DNA from: an uncultured archaeon
GTDB taxonomy: Archaea > Asgardarchaeota > Thorarchaeia > Thorarchaeales > Thorarchaeaceae
Length of the DNA: 64,000 bases
NCBI GenBank assembly: GCA_964458565.1
Contig: CAYWJO010000003.1
Location: 1 to 64,000 of the forward strand
Reading direction: 5' to 3'
The stretch's first letter is position 1. Each line of letters opens with the position of its first letter. The notes beneath the pieces were generated by a model. It worked only from the letters and a program-made list of their open reading frames with translations. It did no database searches and had not been told where the DNA came from. Positions 28,936 to 39,834 of this stretch are shown in pieces. A program made the translations under genes and the position numbers.

Positions 28936-31900
28936 CCACTGTCACCTTTATTCCGTATTCTTGGTAAGACAACTCCAATCAGAATGATAGCACCCAGGCC
29001 AATGCCACCAAGAAGAATGAGTGAGTTATCATCCAATACATCAATCGTCTTGATATAATGTGTGGTCACCTTGCCAATAAGGTTTATAGCTACGACGTGA
29101 ATCGCATACTCACCTGCAGTAAATCCAGAAAGAACAATCGAGATTGGATAGTCACCATTTGACCCAGATATTGTGAAATTCACCCAAAATCCAAATTCGG
29201 ATTCAAGAGCGAGGTAAAGGCGATCCACAAGAAGATACCCATCAATCTTAACAGATCCCGTAATCATTCCTGAACTAAAGAGACCAACTGACACGACATC
29301 CTCATTAATAACTGCTGAAAGAATATTTTGATTAATGCTCAATCCATCAGAAAGAATAATGGGAGGATATTTCAAAACTCCATTTTCATCAGTTACTTCT
29401 AAGAGTATTCCTAGCAGACCATCATGACCTGTAAAATTAACACGAATTGTCGCAATTGATACTCCATAGATGCTATCCTCATGAATTATATTGTATCCAC
29501 CTTCGAAATAACTCCAACTCAAGGAGAGGGAATCCGAAAAAGAATCTTGATCGGTAATCGATATGAGAACATCATATGTCGTTGTATATGGTTTTAAAAT
29601 TGAAACAGAAGACAGTAAAGGCCTCCATTGGTTTGTCAGATGATTTGCAAGGGTATCATCAGCAAGTTCAGTTGCTGAGAAGGTTTTGAATGAGATTGCA
29701 CCTCTGTCAGATTGATTATTTTTGAGCAGATTAAGAAAAATAGTTTTCCCAAATATCCACCATGAAGCATTCTCGGAGCTTAATGAGTAAGCACTTCCAC
29801 TCCATTCATATATACTACCAAAACCATCTGTAAGATTGACCAAGAGATCAATGCCATCTAATCCTGTTGATAGGTTATCATCTACATCCCAAAGAAGTTG
29901 TAGTACATCCGTATCAGTAATATTGGGAACTCCACTGAATTCGATGGCAAAGTAGTTGTTAGACACTTGCTGAAGTATTCTAATGGAGATAATATCCAAG
30001 CTTGGATCTAATGACAGGTCTACGCCATCATAAATGAATGAATCGATACCAGTCCAATCAAGTAATGAAGTACTGCTATTGAAATTGTGTTCTAAAACAT
30101 GCTGGACTGACCAAAGGGCGTCACAGAGTCCGTATCCAAAAAAACTCGTCGCTATTGCATTGTGGTTATTAGGACCTCCTGCACCTTGAATTAAAGCTGA
30201 ATAATCAATCCAACCTGTTTCACTTTTAGTTACTGAACGGATAAGTGCTAGAACTCCAGCAACTTGTGGAGATGCCATGCTTGTTCCAGAACGTGTACTC
30301 CAGATTCCTGTTAGACTTCTCGAAGCAGCAGTTATACTAACACCAGGTGCTGTGACTTCAGGCTTTGGGATTCCATCGATTCTTGGTCCTTGACTTGATG
30401 ATGAGCTTATGGATTTAGAAGTTTCACTATAAGCAGTTACTGCAATTCCAAAATCGGATGTTGCAGGGGAACTGATAGTACGAGAATTATCGATATTTGT
30501 AGTTAATCTTAGTCCATTGTATGACCAGTCATTATCCCACACATATACATCAACAAAGACATCAGAACCTGAGGGATTCTCTACGGAGAGTACCCAGTGC
30601 CCTGCAGCAATAATTTGATCATCTGTGATCTGAATAATTATACGACTGGTATTTCTGAAACTGACATCACAGAATACATTTGCAATTATTTCATCTGTTT
30701 CAGCCCTAAAAGCTGAGCCTTCAAGATCTTTGAAAGGCCCTAAAACAACAGTGTCTTCAGAGGGAGTTGTTAGTATAATTGACTCGTCCTTATCATCACT
30801 ATTCCAAAGGACATTGATGAATGAGTACGCAGGAGGAGAACCAACACTGAATCCAACATCTATTGATGATGCTGTTGAAACGCTGAAGCTAGAATGTTTA
30901 CTCTTTCCACCAAGGTTTCCAGCAGCAAGTGTACAGATTGTGCCATGTTGGATAAATGCTTCAGTAATCACTAGATCCTCAATATCTGTCCCATCTAGAA
31001 ATCCCAAATAACTAGAAAATGACATGTTGATAATATCAGCATCATTTTCGATTGCAAAATGAATCGCATCTACTATGTCACCAGAATCTAGAAGGCTTCG
31101 GACGATGATAAGATCCGCGTTTGGAGCTACTCCAACACGACCAGTGAATCCAACTTGACCACCAGCAATAGTGGATGCAACATGAGACCCATGTCCATGA
31201 TAGTCGCCCACAGATAATGCCTGCGTCGTTAAATTCACTCCTCGTACATAGACATCTCCATTTTCTTGATCATATAAAATTGCAACCTTTGACTCACCTA
31301 AGATGACCACATTTTCAAATGGAAGTGAAATTTTGCCATTTTGATTGGCATCAACACCACCCAGCCATCGATCTCCATCAGCGTATGAAAATACTCCATC
31401 TCCTCCGAGGTCGATAAACATGTAATCAGCGCCATAACTGAAGTTGTAAAGGTTCTGATGCAATACGCTATCTATAGGTCCTTCATTTGGGTCACCAATC
31501 GAATCACCATCAAAATCTACATAGAAATCTCCAGCATATAGAATTACGTCAATTTCTTCAGAACTTACTCTCCAGAAGCTGGGATGCTGCCAGTTGATTC
31601 CTGTATCAATAACAGCTACTGAAACACCTGTACCATCTATAGGAAGACCATCTTGAGTAAGACTATTCCAGACATCACTTGCATTCAACGTTTCGACGGC
31701 AGATTCTAATGAAGGATAGTATTGTTTGCTTGCCAAACTTGCCTGATCAAGTCCAATCTTGTAAAGAGCAGCTAATGCGTGCTCATCTTGAATAGTAGCG
31801 AGATAAACAACCCCAACGTGAATTGGGTGAGACTCGCGTTCTTTGAAGTAGACCCCTTGACTACGAGCATAACTAATCTCATCTGAGGTTAGTTCATCTT

Positions 31901-32081
31901 CAAACTGCAAAACCGTTTCGGTCATTTGAAGCTCCTCTCCGATGAGAGAGATAGCTGTAGACTGATGAGATGTGCTATTAGTTAATACATCGGTTTGCAC
32001 TCGAAATGTAGTGGTTGACGAATGAATAGGAACAAACATCGTCAACACTATCAGGATGATGATCATGTGGGTTTTTTTCAT
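28932..32081 (-). CDS. Membrane-anchored S8 serine protease (Csp-like split catalytic domain)
   Basis: Signal peptide; IDTG / HGSH / AAGN / SGTSMASP; DxDxDG-type insert; C-terminal TM. Confidence 0.88.
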   Translation of the reverse strand: MKKTHMIIILIVLTMFVPIHSSTTTFRVQTDVLTNSTSHQSTAISLIGEELQMTETVLQFEDELTSDEISYARSQGVYFKERESHPIHVGVVYLATIQDEHALAALYKIGLDQASLASKQYYPSLESAVETLNASDVWNSLTQDGLPIDGTGVSVAVIDTGINWQHPSFWRVSSEEIDVILYAGDFYVDFDGDSIGDPNEGPIDSVLHQNLYNFSYGADYMFIDLGGDGVFSYADGDRWLGGVDANQNGKISLPFENVVILGESKVAILYDQENGDVYVRGVNLTTQALSVGDYHGHGSHVASTIAGGQVGFTGRVGVAPNADLIIVRSLLDSGDIVDAIHFAIENDADIINMSFSSYLGFLDGTDIEDLVITEAFIQHGTICTLAAGNLGGKSKHSSFSVSTASSIDVGFSVGSPPAYSFINVLWNSDDKDESIILTTPSEDTVVLGPFKDLEGSAFRAETDEIIANVFCDVSFRNTSRIIIQITDDQIIAAGHWVLSVENPSGSDVFVDVYVWDNDWSYNGLRLTTNIDNSRTISSPATSDFGIAVTAYSETSKSISSSSSQGPRIDGIPKPEVTAPGVSITAASRSLTGIWSTRSGTSMASPQVAGVLALIRSVTKSETGWIDYSALIQGAGGPNNHNAIATSFFGYGLCDALWSVQHVLEHNFNSSTSLLDWTGIDSFIYDGVDLSLDPSLDIISIRILQQVSNNYFAIEFSGVPNITDTDVLQLLWDVDDNLSTGLDGIDLLVNLTDGFGSIYEWSGSAYSLSSENASWWIFGKTIFLNLLKNNQSDRGAISFKTFSATELADDTLANHLTNQWRPLLSSVSILKPYTTTYDVLISITDQDSFSDSLSLSWSYFEGGYNIIHEDSIYGVSIATIRVNFTGHDGLLGILLEVTDENGVLKYPPIILSDGLSINQNILSAVINEDVVSVGLFSSGMITGSVKIDGYLLVDRLYLALESEFGFWVNFTISGSNGDYPISIVLSGFTAGEYAIHVVAINLIGKVTTHYIKTIDVLDDNSLILLGGIGLGAIILIGVVLPRIRNKGDSG

Positions 32082-32086
32082 AGGTA

Positions 32087-34813
32087 CTACTTCCGTAGTG
32101 TTATAGATTTTCGTGGATGAATCATTGATATTCTTTTGCCCATGGATGGAATCTCAGTTATACCACTATCTGAGAACAAGCGACAGATAGGTTCAATGAA
32201 AAGCGCAATCAAAGAAGCAACAATTATCGACAACCAAGATTGTGATTCGCCTTCAATAGATAGCGTTCCGAGATTATACTCATCTATACGACCACTTTGA
32301 CCGTGGGCTGCAGCAATGACCGCATATTCACCTGGTTCTAGATGACTTATGTCCAGTTCGAATTCGTAGAACCCATCTTCGCCAGCAAGTGATGTATTAT
32401 CCCATGAGTTCATAGATGATGAAAATCCAATCGTAACGTCGGATAAGAAATGATAGTTCGCTATAGTAATCGCACCAACAAGAGGTTGTGTGGTATCAGA
32501 AACTGTATGTGTTTCTAAATACGCTTCTGTTATGAAGAAATGACCGCCGGTTCCTTTGTCAATAAGCAGTGGTGGAAGCTGAAAATCAGTGAGGGCATCC
32601 CCAATTTGAAGCAGTAGACTTGTTCCAGTGGGCGAAAATGCATCAGCCTTCGGAAATGCAATCGTGATGTCTGAGGACTGATTCTCACTTCCAACGTATG
32701 AATAATATCCGAGTTCATCATGTATTGCCCAAGATGCGCTCAAATCAGACGTTGGAGAATCAGCATCATAAATTGAAAAACCTAATTCGATGTCGGTCTC
32801 AGTTTGGGATATTTGCAAATTCTTCACAAGTGGTCTATAGATGTAGGTAGGATTCTCATGATATCCCATTTCTTGGCCCAACGAATTCAAGACATCGCAG
32901 AGTCCATAGCCCCACGAAATATCACATTCTTCATAATGAGAATTATTACCGCCTGCGCCAGCTAAAGTAGCAGTATACTCTAACCACCCTGATGAGTCAT
33001 CGGAAGCTTGCTTCAGAAGAGCGATAACTCCTGCAATGTGAGGAGCAGCCATACTTGTCCCACTCCTAGTAATCCATAATGAACTCAGACTTGATGAAGC
33101 AGCTATTATTGACGTACCAGGTGCAACAATATTTGGTTTCATAACACCATCAATTCTCGGTCCAACCCCAGATGAACTAGAAATTCCAAAGCTGGATTCT
33201 GCATAATTTCCTACACAGATACCTAAATCTGAGGTGCCAGGCGAACTGACGATATTCGTATAATCTATATGGCTAGTGAAAACTAAATCACTTCCACTCC
33301 AACTATTATCCCAAGCATAGCCATCCAGAATAACATCAGCTCCATCAGGGTTAGTGATCTCAATATCCCATGCACCTGAATAGATGAAGTGATCAACAGC
33401 AGATAACTGAATCAATAATCTATGCGTACCCCTTAGGCTTGAGTCAGCAAATATCTCAGCACGTATCGATTGGTAATCGATTGTGAACAAAGAATTTTCA
33501 ATATCCATGAATCGCCCCAAATCGATAGTCTCATCTGTGGGGGAAATCAATCGGATTTCTTCATCAAGATCAATTGATTTCCACAATAGGTTGATGTATG
33601 AATTTGTACTTGGACTGGATGATTGCATATTGATTGATTGGAAACCACCAGAAGGGATAATTGCGCGAGCATGTTTCGGACGCCCACCTAAATTTCCAGA
33701 AGCAACTGTCGAAATTATACCATGCTTAATAAAAGCCTCATTGACCAAGAGTTCTTCAAAATCTGTACCATCCATGTAACCAGCATAATTAGAGAAGGAC
33801 ATATTGATAACATCAGCATCATTTTCGATTGCGAAGTAAATAGCCTCAATAATATCACTTAGTTCTAGTGTGCTCTTAATCGCAATCAAGTCAGCACCAG
33901 GCGCTACTCCCACCATATCAGTGAAATCAGGGTGGCCACCAAGAGCAATTGACGATACATGAGTTCCATGACCATGATAGTCACCATCTCCTTGAGCTAA
34001 AGATGTAAGATTAACACCACGAAAATAAATTGTGTCAGTAAATTGGTCGAGAAAAACACACACCTTTGATTCATCTAGCAGAACTACACTTTCAGAATCC
34101 AGATCGACTATCCCATCGTCATTTTGATCAATTCCTGCAACCCAACGTTCGTTATAATTCGGAGAGAAAACACCGTCATGGTAAATGTCAGTGAACAAAT
34201 ATTCATTCGCTGAGTCAATCTGCGAAGGATTCTGTGCATCTGTATGAGACAGTGGTCCTTCATCCTCATCTGGTTGAAGGTCTCCATCAATATCAGCATA
34301 GTAGAATGACCCATCTTTCAAAACTGAAACAGGGTTTGAGGAATTACGCCAGAATGAGGGGTGCAACCATTCAACGCCAGTATCGATTACTGCAATCCTT
34401 ACTCCGGTACCTAGTATTCTATCATCAGTAAATTGATAATTCCAAACATCATTAGCTCTAATTGTGGAAGTAGATGTGAGTAGTGAGGGATAGAACTTCT
34501 TATCGCCATTTTGAATTCTAATAAGTCCAAGTTCATCTAGCAATGATGCATCAATATCAGCATCAATTCTTGCACTATAGACACGCCCAACATGAATCAC
34601 TTCATCCTGATGGCGCTTAAAATGAACCCCTGATTCCTCTGCAAGTTCTATTTGACTAGGATATAATTCTGTATTAAATAGAAGTACTGATTCTTGGCTA
34701 GTATTAGTTCTTACTGTTGAATACTTAATAGATGGAGTAAAAAGAGAGGACACTAGAGGGGTTGCCAGAACGCTTAGGATTAGGAGAATTTTAATTATGG
34801 CGGCTCGACGCAG
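32087..34813 (-). CDS. Membrane-anchored S8 serine protease (paralogue of 28932-32081); probable CTG start
   Basis: IDTG / HGTH / ASGN / SGTSMAAP; the frame stays open upstream of GTG 34753 through a signal peptide to CTG 34813. Confidence 0.85.
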   Translation of the reverse strand: MRRAAIIKILLILSVLATPLVSSLFTPSIKYSTVRTNTSQESVLLFNTELYPSQIELAEESGVHFKRHQDEVIHVGRVYSARIDADIDASLLDELGLIRIQNGDKKFYPSLLTSTSTIRANDVWNYQFTDDRILGTGVRIAVIDTGVEWLHPSFWRNSSNPVSVLKDGSFYYADIDGDLQPDEDEGPLSHTDAQNPSQIDSANEYLFTDIYHDGVFSPNYNERWVAGIDQNDDGIVDLDSESVVLLDESKVCVFLDQFTDTIYFRGVNLTSLAQGDGDYHGHGTHVSSIALGGHPDFTDMVGVAPGADLIAIKSTLELSDIIEAIYFAIENDADVINMSFSNYAGYMDGTDFEELLVNEAFIKHGIISTVASGNLGGRPKHARAIIPSGGFQSINMQSSSPSTNSYINLLWKSIDLDEEIRLISPTDETIDLGRFMDIENSLFTIDYQSIRAEIFADSSLRGTHRLLIQLSAVDHFIYSGAWDIEITNPDGADVILDGYAWDNSWSGSDLVFTSHIDYTNIVSSPGTSDLGICVGNYAESSFGISSSSGVGPRIDGVMKPNIVAPGTSIIAASSSLSSLWITRSGTSMAAPHIAGVIALLKQASDDSSGWLEYTATLAGAGGNNSHYEECDISWGYGLCDVLNSLGQEMGYHENPTYIYRPLVKNLQISQTETDIELGFSIYDADSPTSDLSASWAIHDELGYYSYVGSENQSSDITIAFPKADAFSPTGTSLLLQIGDALTDFQLPPLLIDKGTGGHFFITEAYLETHTVSDTTQPLVGAITIANYHFLSDVTIGFSSSMNSWDNTSLAGEDGFYEFELDISHLEPGEYAVIAAAHGQSGRIDEYNLGTLSIEGESQSWLSIIVASLIALFIEPICRLFSDSGITEIPSMGKRISMIHPRKSITLRK

Positions 34814-34904
34814 TCTAACTCCACTCCATTACATATCTGCAGTTCGTCTTCATATCAACCTATGCCTTTTATTATCATATGCCAATGGCGAAATCATCTG
34901 AAGT

Positions 34905-36260
34905 CTACTCCTTTGAAATGACATTGACATCATCAAACGCAATATCAGGTCCGATTATTGAAACCAAGATTCTTGTTGTGGATGAAATTTCTTTTACCTG
35001 TTTCAATAAATCGAAGATGTTACCTGATATCATCAATCCTTGTACCGCACCTACCATTTCTCCATTCTCTATGAGTATTGCTGGATTTCCAACAATACTG
35101 AAATCTCCAGATTCAGGATTGGAACTATGTGCACCTTGAACATTACGAATATAGTATCCATAATCGATTTCCTTGATGAGTTCAGATACATCGCGTGTCC
35201 CTGGTTCGATTACTGCTGTGGAGGGAGAAATTTGCACAAGACCTTGTCGCATATTTCGACTAGCATTACCTGTGCTCTTCAAGCCATTCCTGTTAGCCCA
35301 ATATGTATCCCAGATAAAAGATCTAAGCACTCCATTTTCGATGATTGTAGTTTTTTGTCTTGCTACACCCTCATCGTCTGCAATTGATGTGTTTATACCT
35401 CTTGGGTCCGTTCCATCATCATAGATTGTTACAAATTCATTCGCTATTTGTTGACCAATCATATCACCAATTTTTGATTTCCCACGGGTAACATTTTCAC
35501 CACTTATGGAGGGTACTAGCGTAAATTGCATTAGCTGACTATATGCGTTTGGATGAAAGATAACCGGATACTTCCCAGTTTTCCCATTGGCTGTCTTCAT
35601 ACATATCCGTATCATCTCAACATTATCGCGAACCACAGATTGAGTGTCAACCTCAAGCCCACGCTGAATGTCATATGATCCAACACTAGGAGTCATCCCG
35701 GTTTCGGTTTTAGCAACAGACTGAATGACTGTATAACCTGCGGAATTGCGTTCACAGTGTTCAACACCATTGCTGTTAGCGTACGCGGAATAGGTATATC
35801 CCGCACCAGAGGACCCAAATGCAGGGATGATGGAGGGCTCAGCTTTAGTAACTTCACCTAGTAGAGACGTAGTCATCTCTACAATCTTAGCAGAGTCAGC
35901 ACTAACTATGGAACCATCCCAGATTCCATCGATAGCAGCGTACTTGGATGGATAGGGCAATGCAATCCATTCATGATCTTCCGTTGTCGCTCTAGCTGCT
36001 GCAAGTGCCATTTCAACTGCTTCCTCGACTGCTTCTTTTGTGTATAGATTAGTGAATGCAGAACCCATTCTCTTACCTAAATAGAGACGAATAGCTATTT
36101 GGGTCCCTGTGGTCATGTTGACTGAGTTGACTTGACCCATTCGAACAACTGTTTCCAGCTCCGATTCATAAATTGCACGAACCTCTATTGAATCAGCTTC
36201 TCTGTTTTTCCCAAAGGATATAATGTGCTTACATAAATCTAAAAGTTGCTTCTCGTCCAC
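34905..36260 (-). CDS. pmbA: TldE/PmbA-family protein
   Basis: DDEGV, STGNASR, GAHSSNPESGDFS, MISGNIFDLL; GTG start at 36260 with GGAGG RBS; adjacent to tldD. Confidence 0.9.
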   Translation of the reverse strand: MDEKQLLDLCKHIISFGKNREADSIEVRAIYESELETVVRMGQVNSVNMTTGTQIAIRLYLGKRMGSAFTNLYTKEAVEEAVEMALAAARATTEDHEWIALPYPSKYAAIDGIWDGSIVSADSAKIVEMTTSLLGEVTKAEPSIIPAFGSSGAGYTYSAYANSNGVEHCERNSAGYTVIQSVAKTETGMTPSVGSYDIQRGLEVDTQSVVRDNVEMIRICMKTANGKTGKYPVIFHPNAYSQLMQFTLVPSISGENVTRGKSKIGDMIGQQIANEFVTIYDDGTDPRGINTSIADDEGVARQKTTIIENGVLRSFIWDTYWANRNGLKSTGNASRNMRQGLVQISPSTAVIEPGTRDVSELIKEIDYGYYIRNVQGAHSSNPESGDFSIVGNPAILIENGEMVGAVQGLMISGNIFDLLKQVKEISSTTRILVSIIGPDIAFDDVNVISKE

Positions 36261-36273
36261 TTTCTTCTTCCTC

Positions 36274-37662
36274 CTAGCTACTTCCTCCGAAGGTGATACC
36301 ACCTTTGGCAAAACGGACTTTTGGCCCTCCAGAACCTATGAAGGCCTCCTGACCTTTTCCACAACGTCCCACTTCCCATTCAAGATTCTCTTTAGAGATT
36401 CCAGTAATCTTAAACAGTGAATCTGTGGCAATTCCTGAAATCGACATATCGGTCAATGATCTTCCCAGTTCTCCGTTTACAATCTCATAGGCTTCTTGAA
36501 TACCAACTTGAAAACTAGCATTCATTTGTGCTTGTCCAGCGCGGAAATCAGCACAATAGTATCCGAAATCGATTCCTTCAAAGAGTTCTTCATCAGACAT
36601 ATCACCTGGTTCAATGTAGGTGTTTCGCATTCGGATTATGGGAGGATACAAGTAGCTTTCAGCGCGAGCACTTCCAGTCGGACGGTATCCTAATTTCTGA
36701 GCATATTCCCGATTGGTAAGTAATTCGACCAGAACTGAATCTTTGATAATCTCTACTCTGCTCGTAGGAACCCCTTCATCATCGAATTTACTCGTCCCCA
36801 TTAGACCTTCTAGAGTACCATCATCAGTCATATTTACTCCTTCAGCAGCAACAACCTCCCCTACCTTACCATTGAATGCACTATTTACATTCAAATCTGC
36901 TTCTGAGAGATGACCAAGCGCTTCATGAGCTAGAATTCCAATGACACGAGGACCAAAAATACAAGGGTATGAACCTGCTTTTGGCGAAACGCCTTCGAGC
37001 TGCAACGTCACACGCTCAGCTACTTTCTCACCGATATATTCAGGAGTAGCAAATTTATTCATATATTCCCAGCCTTGTTTTGACGAAGCCTCTTCATACC
37101 GTGCTGTAGTCAACCTAGTTCCTTCCTTCCCTGTAGCCCAAGGGTAAACCCAAACAAGGATACCAGATGATTGAAGATTCGTTCCATCAGAGGTTAGGAG
37201 ATATTTTGTAACAGAAGAAGTCCGAATACTCACTGTTACTGCAGTAATTCGTTTATCGTAATTTTGAACATGTTTGGTTAGTTTTGACATATATTCGATT
37301 TTTTCTTCAATAGGAACATGTCTTGGGTCGAGTTCAACATTAGTAGTCAGCTTAGATTCATGCGGTTTTATTTCAACAAGTTCAATCGGTTCTCTGCGAG
37401 TTGCAGCTGCAGCTTTTGCCATTGAACAGGCATCAACAACAGCTTGCTCCATATCAGCTAGGTTTCCTGTTGACACAAATCCCCATGCACCATCAACCAG
37501 AACACGAATAGCAACCCCTCGCTCTATTCGTTGTGTCAAGGCATTGATTCGTCCATCATCCATTTTGATGAATTCGATGAAACCGTCTTCACCTCGAGCT
37601 TCTATGTAACTCGCTCCAGCATTTTGTCCGGCTTCAATTGCAGTCTGTAATTTGTCAATCAA
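36274..37662 (-). CDS. tldD: TldD-family metalloprotease
   Basis: GVAIRVLVDGAWGF, metal motif HEALGHLSEAD, DDEG, PIIRMRNT, GRCGK. Confidence 0.92.
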   Translation of the reverse strand: MIDKLQTAIEAGQNAGASYIEARGEDGFIEFIKMDDGRINALTQRIERGVAIRVLVDGAWGFVSTGNLADMEQAVVDACSMAKAAAATRREPIELVEIKPHESKLTTNVELDPRHVPIEEKIEYMSKLTKHVQNYDKRITAVTVSIRTSSVTKYLLTSDGTNLQSSGILVWVYPWATGKEGTRLTTARYEEASSKQGWEYMNKFATPEYIGEKVAERVTLQLEGVSPKAGSYPCIFGPRVIGILAHEALGHLSEADLNVNSAFNGKVGEVVAAEGVNMTDDGTLEGLMGTSKFDDEGVPTSRVEIIKDSVLVELLTNREYAQKLGYRPTGSARAESYLYPPIIRMRNTYIEPGDMSDEELFEGIDFGYYCADFRAGQAQMNASFQVGIQEAYEIVNGELGRSLTDMSISGIATDSLFKITGISKENLEWEVGRCGKGQEAFIGSGGPKVRFAKGGITFGGSS

Positions 37663-37767
37663 CTATATCTACTCCTAGGAAGCATGTGAATACGGGTAAT
37701 GCGAATTAATAGGCTTTTGTTTTCCTGTATCATATGTTGACCAAAAGGCCAAATACGATTCAGATAC

Positions 37768-39804
37768 ATGACAATCTGCTTGGCTATGAAAGAGATGGAG
37801 ATACCCCCTGAATTTGGTCATCTTCAGAATGACAAAGAAATTCCTTGGGACACGATTCTGAAAACTGCAAAGAAGAAAAGGGAAGAGGGGTCGCCTTATT
37901 TCACATCGATTACAGATATTGCAATTGAACTCGCAACTGATGAAAGTATGAAAGTAAATGGTAATGAGAAACTGATACGACTAGGTGTTGAATCCGCTCT
38001 TGTAAGAGGTCGACTTGCTGAGGCGTTATTCCTCTCAACTGAAATTGAGAGTATTGAGATTCTGAGTTTAAGATCAATGGTACTTTTTGTCTTATCAGAC
38101 ATTGAAGCACTTACAACTACATTGAATCTAATGTCAGAATTAGTTACGGAGCATTCAGCCCCAACAGACAGAGTAAGATTAAGCACCGCTAAGGTATTTC
38201 TAGCTGCAGCAGAACGCGATACAAGTGTTATCACATGTGTTATGGAATTCGATAATCTACTTGAAAACAATCCTGAGCAGATAGAAGAACCAATTATTGA
38301 AACGATGTTCACATTATACGTCGTTGGATCATTGCTTCTTGAGGTAGGTCAATCACAACGCGCATTGCATATAGCAGATACGCTACAAAAGATGGCAAAG
38401 AAAAGAAATCACAGAATGGTAATAGCACTAGTAGAAAATCTTAGAGGAAATATCGCAAATCAGATGGGTGATTTTGAAGATGCTGAAGAACATTACTATC
38501 GCCTGCAAAAAATCAGTCAGGATTTAGAATTTCGATTAGGATTAGGAATGGCACTTAATAATTTAGGTGTCCTTCGATTGAACTCGCTTCGATTGGAAGA
38601 TGCTTTGAAGATGTTTCAAGAAGCGCATAAGCTCCTAGATATGGACCGGGGAAAACTCGTAAGTTTAACCAATATTGGTGAGATTGAAACCGTATTGGGG
38701 ATGTATAATGAGGCCATAATACACCTGAAGGAAGCAGTACGCTTAGAACAAAAAACAAGGAGTGATATTATTGAGGCGTATAGTTGGACCGTCATACTTT
38801 GTTCCCGTCTGGGTAAATTCAAAGATGCAATGAACAACCTGAAAATCTCTGAAGAGATATCAAGGCGATCAGAGAAACCAAAACAGATAGGAGCTCATTT
38901 GCATGCGAAGGGTATCTATCACGCCATGAAGGGAGAACGTTCGGAAGCGGTAGAAGCATTTTCAGCGGCTATTGAAGTTGCTAAAGAGAATAATATTTTC
39001 GAGGTACTAGTCAAGGTCAAGTTGGAGTTCGCTAGATTCTATCTTGAGGAGTATATGAAATCTAAGGAAGCGACGATTCTATCTGATGCCGCTTACCATC
39101 TAAATGACTTAATTCAAATTGCGAAAGAACAAGGACTTCAGTCATTGTATGCTGAAGCGCTTCTATTGAGAAGTGACATCCTTAGGATTGGAAAGAAGGA
39201 ACTCGAAGCTAAGGGAGACCTCGAACGTGTATTGAACATAGCAACTTTTCAAGAAAATACGGTTCTTGAGAAACAAGCAAACCAAAGATTAAGAATGCTC
39301 TCAACATCCGAGAAGGAAAAAGTTCTCGCTCAATCAGAGATGGTAAAATCACTCGATCGTGTTGCTGGATTCAAACCTGCAGGTCAACTAAAGAGTATTC
39401 CATTTCCAACATTGCACACGCTCCTCGCACTGAGTCGAAGGTCGGGTCTTCCAGAATTTGTGCATTCGTTTGGAGATAGTCCTCGTGTTGATAGTTCAAT
39501 TATCAGTGGATTCATCTCTGCAATAGCTTCATTCACAAATGAGTTCATGGGAGACAAAGGTCTCCTAAGGTCGATAAACCATGAGGGATTTGTGTTAATG
39601 ATGGAATATACTGCCTCTCGAATCATTACGTTGGTTGCGAGTGAAGAAACCTTCGAAATCAGATATCGGCTGCATGAATTTGCAGATCAATTTGATATGA
39701 AATATCCACCTGACGAGGATGAGGTAATTGAAACCTCAAAATACGATGGAGCAGAAGAGATAGTAGAAAATTTGTTTGCATTTGCTCTAAAAGGAGAAGA
39801 TTAG
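37768..39804 (+). CDS. Tetratricopeptide-repeat protein with C-terminal longin-like domain
   Basis: TPR motifs (ENLRGNI, ALNNLG, LTNIG); C-terminal SGLPEFVHSF..DSSIISGFISAIASF..LRSINHEG..L.EFADQF..KY. Confidence 0.8.
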   Translation: MTICLAMKEMEIPPEFGHLQNDKEIPWDTILKTAKKKREEGSPYFTSITDIAIELATDESMKVNGNEKLIRLGVESALVRGRLAEALFLSTEIESIEILSLRSMVLFVLSDIEALTTTLNLMSELVTEHSAPTDRVRLSTAKVFLAAAERDTSVITCVMEFDNLLENNPEQIEEPIIETMFTLYVVGSLLLEVGQSQRALHIADTLQKMAKKRNHRMVIALVENLRGNIANQMGDFEDAEEHYYRLQKISQDLEFRLGLGMALNNLGVLRLNSLRLEDALKMFQEAHKLLDMDRGKLVSLTNIGEIETVLGMYNEAIIHLKEAVRLEQKTRSDIIEAYSWTVILCSRLGKFKDAMNNLKISEEISRRSEKPKQIGAHLHAKGIYHAMKGERSEAVEAFSAAIEVAKENNIFEVLVKVKLEFARFYLEEYMKSKEATILSDAAYHLNDLIQIAKEQGLQSLYAEALLLRSDILRIGKKELEAKGDLERVLNIATFQENTVLEKQANQRLRMLSTSEKEKVLAQSEMVKSLDRVAGFKPAGQLKSIPFPTLHTLLALSRRSGLPEFVHSFGDSPRVDSSIISGFISAIASFTNEFMGDKGLLRSINHEGFVLMMEYTASRIITLVASEETFEIRYRLHEFADQFDMKYPPDEDEVIETSKYDGAEEIVENLFAFALKGED

Positions 39805-39834
39805 AAGAGCTTCAATATAGAGGAATAATAAGTC

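Noticed and set aside
34905-37662. TldD/PmbA as part of a RiPP (microcin-like) cluster
   Set aside because: No precursor peptide, YcaO or radical SAM gene adjacent; tldD/E pairs are common housekeeping genes in archaea
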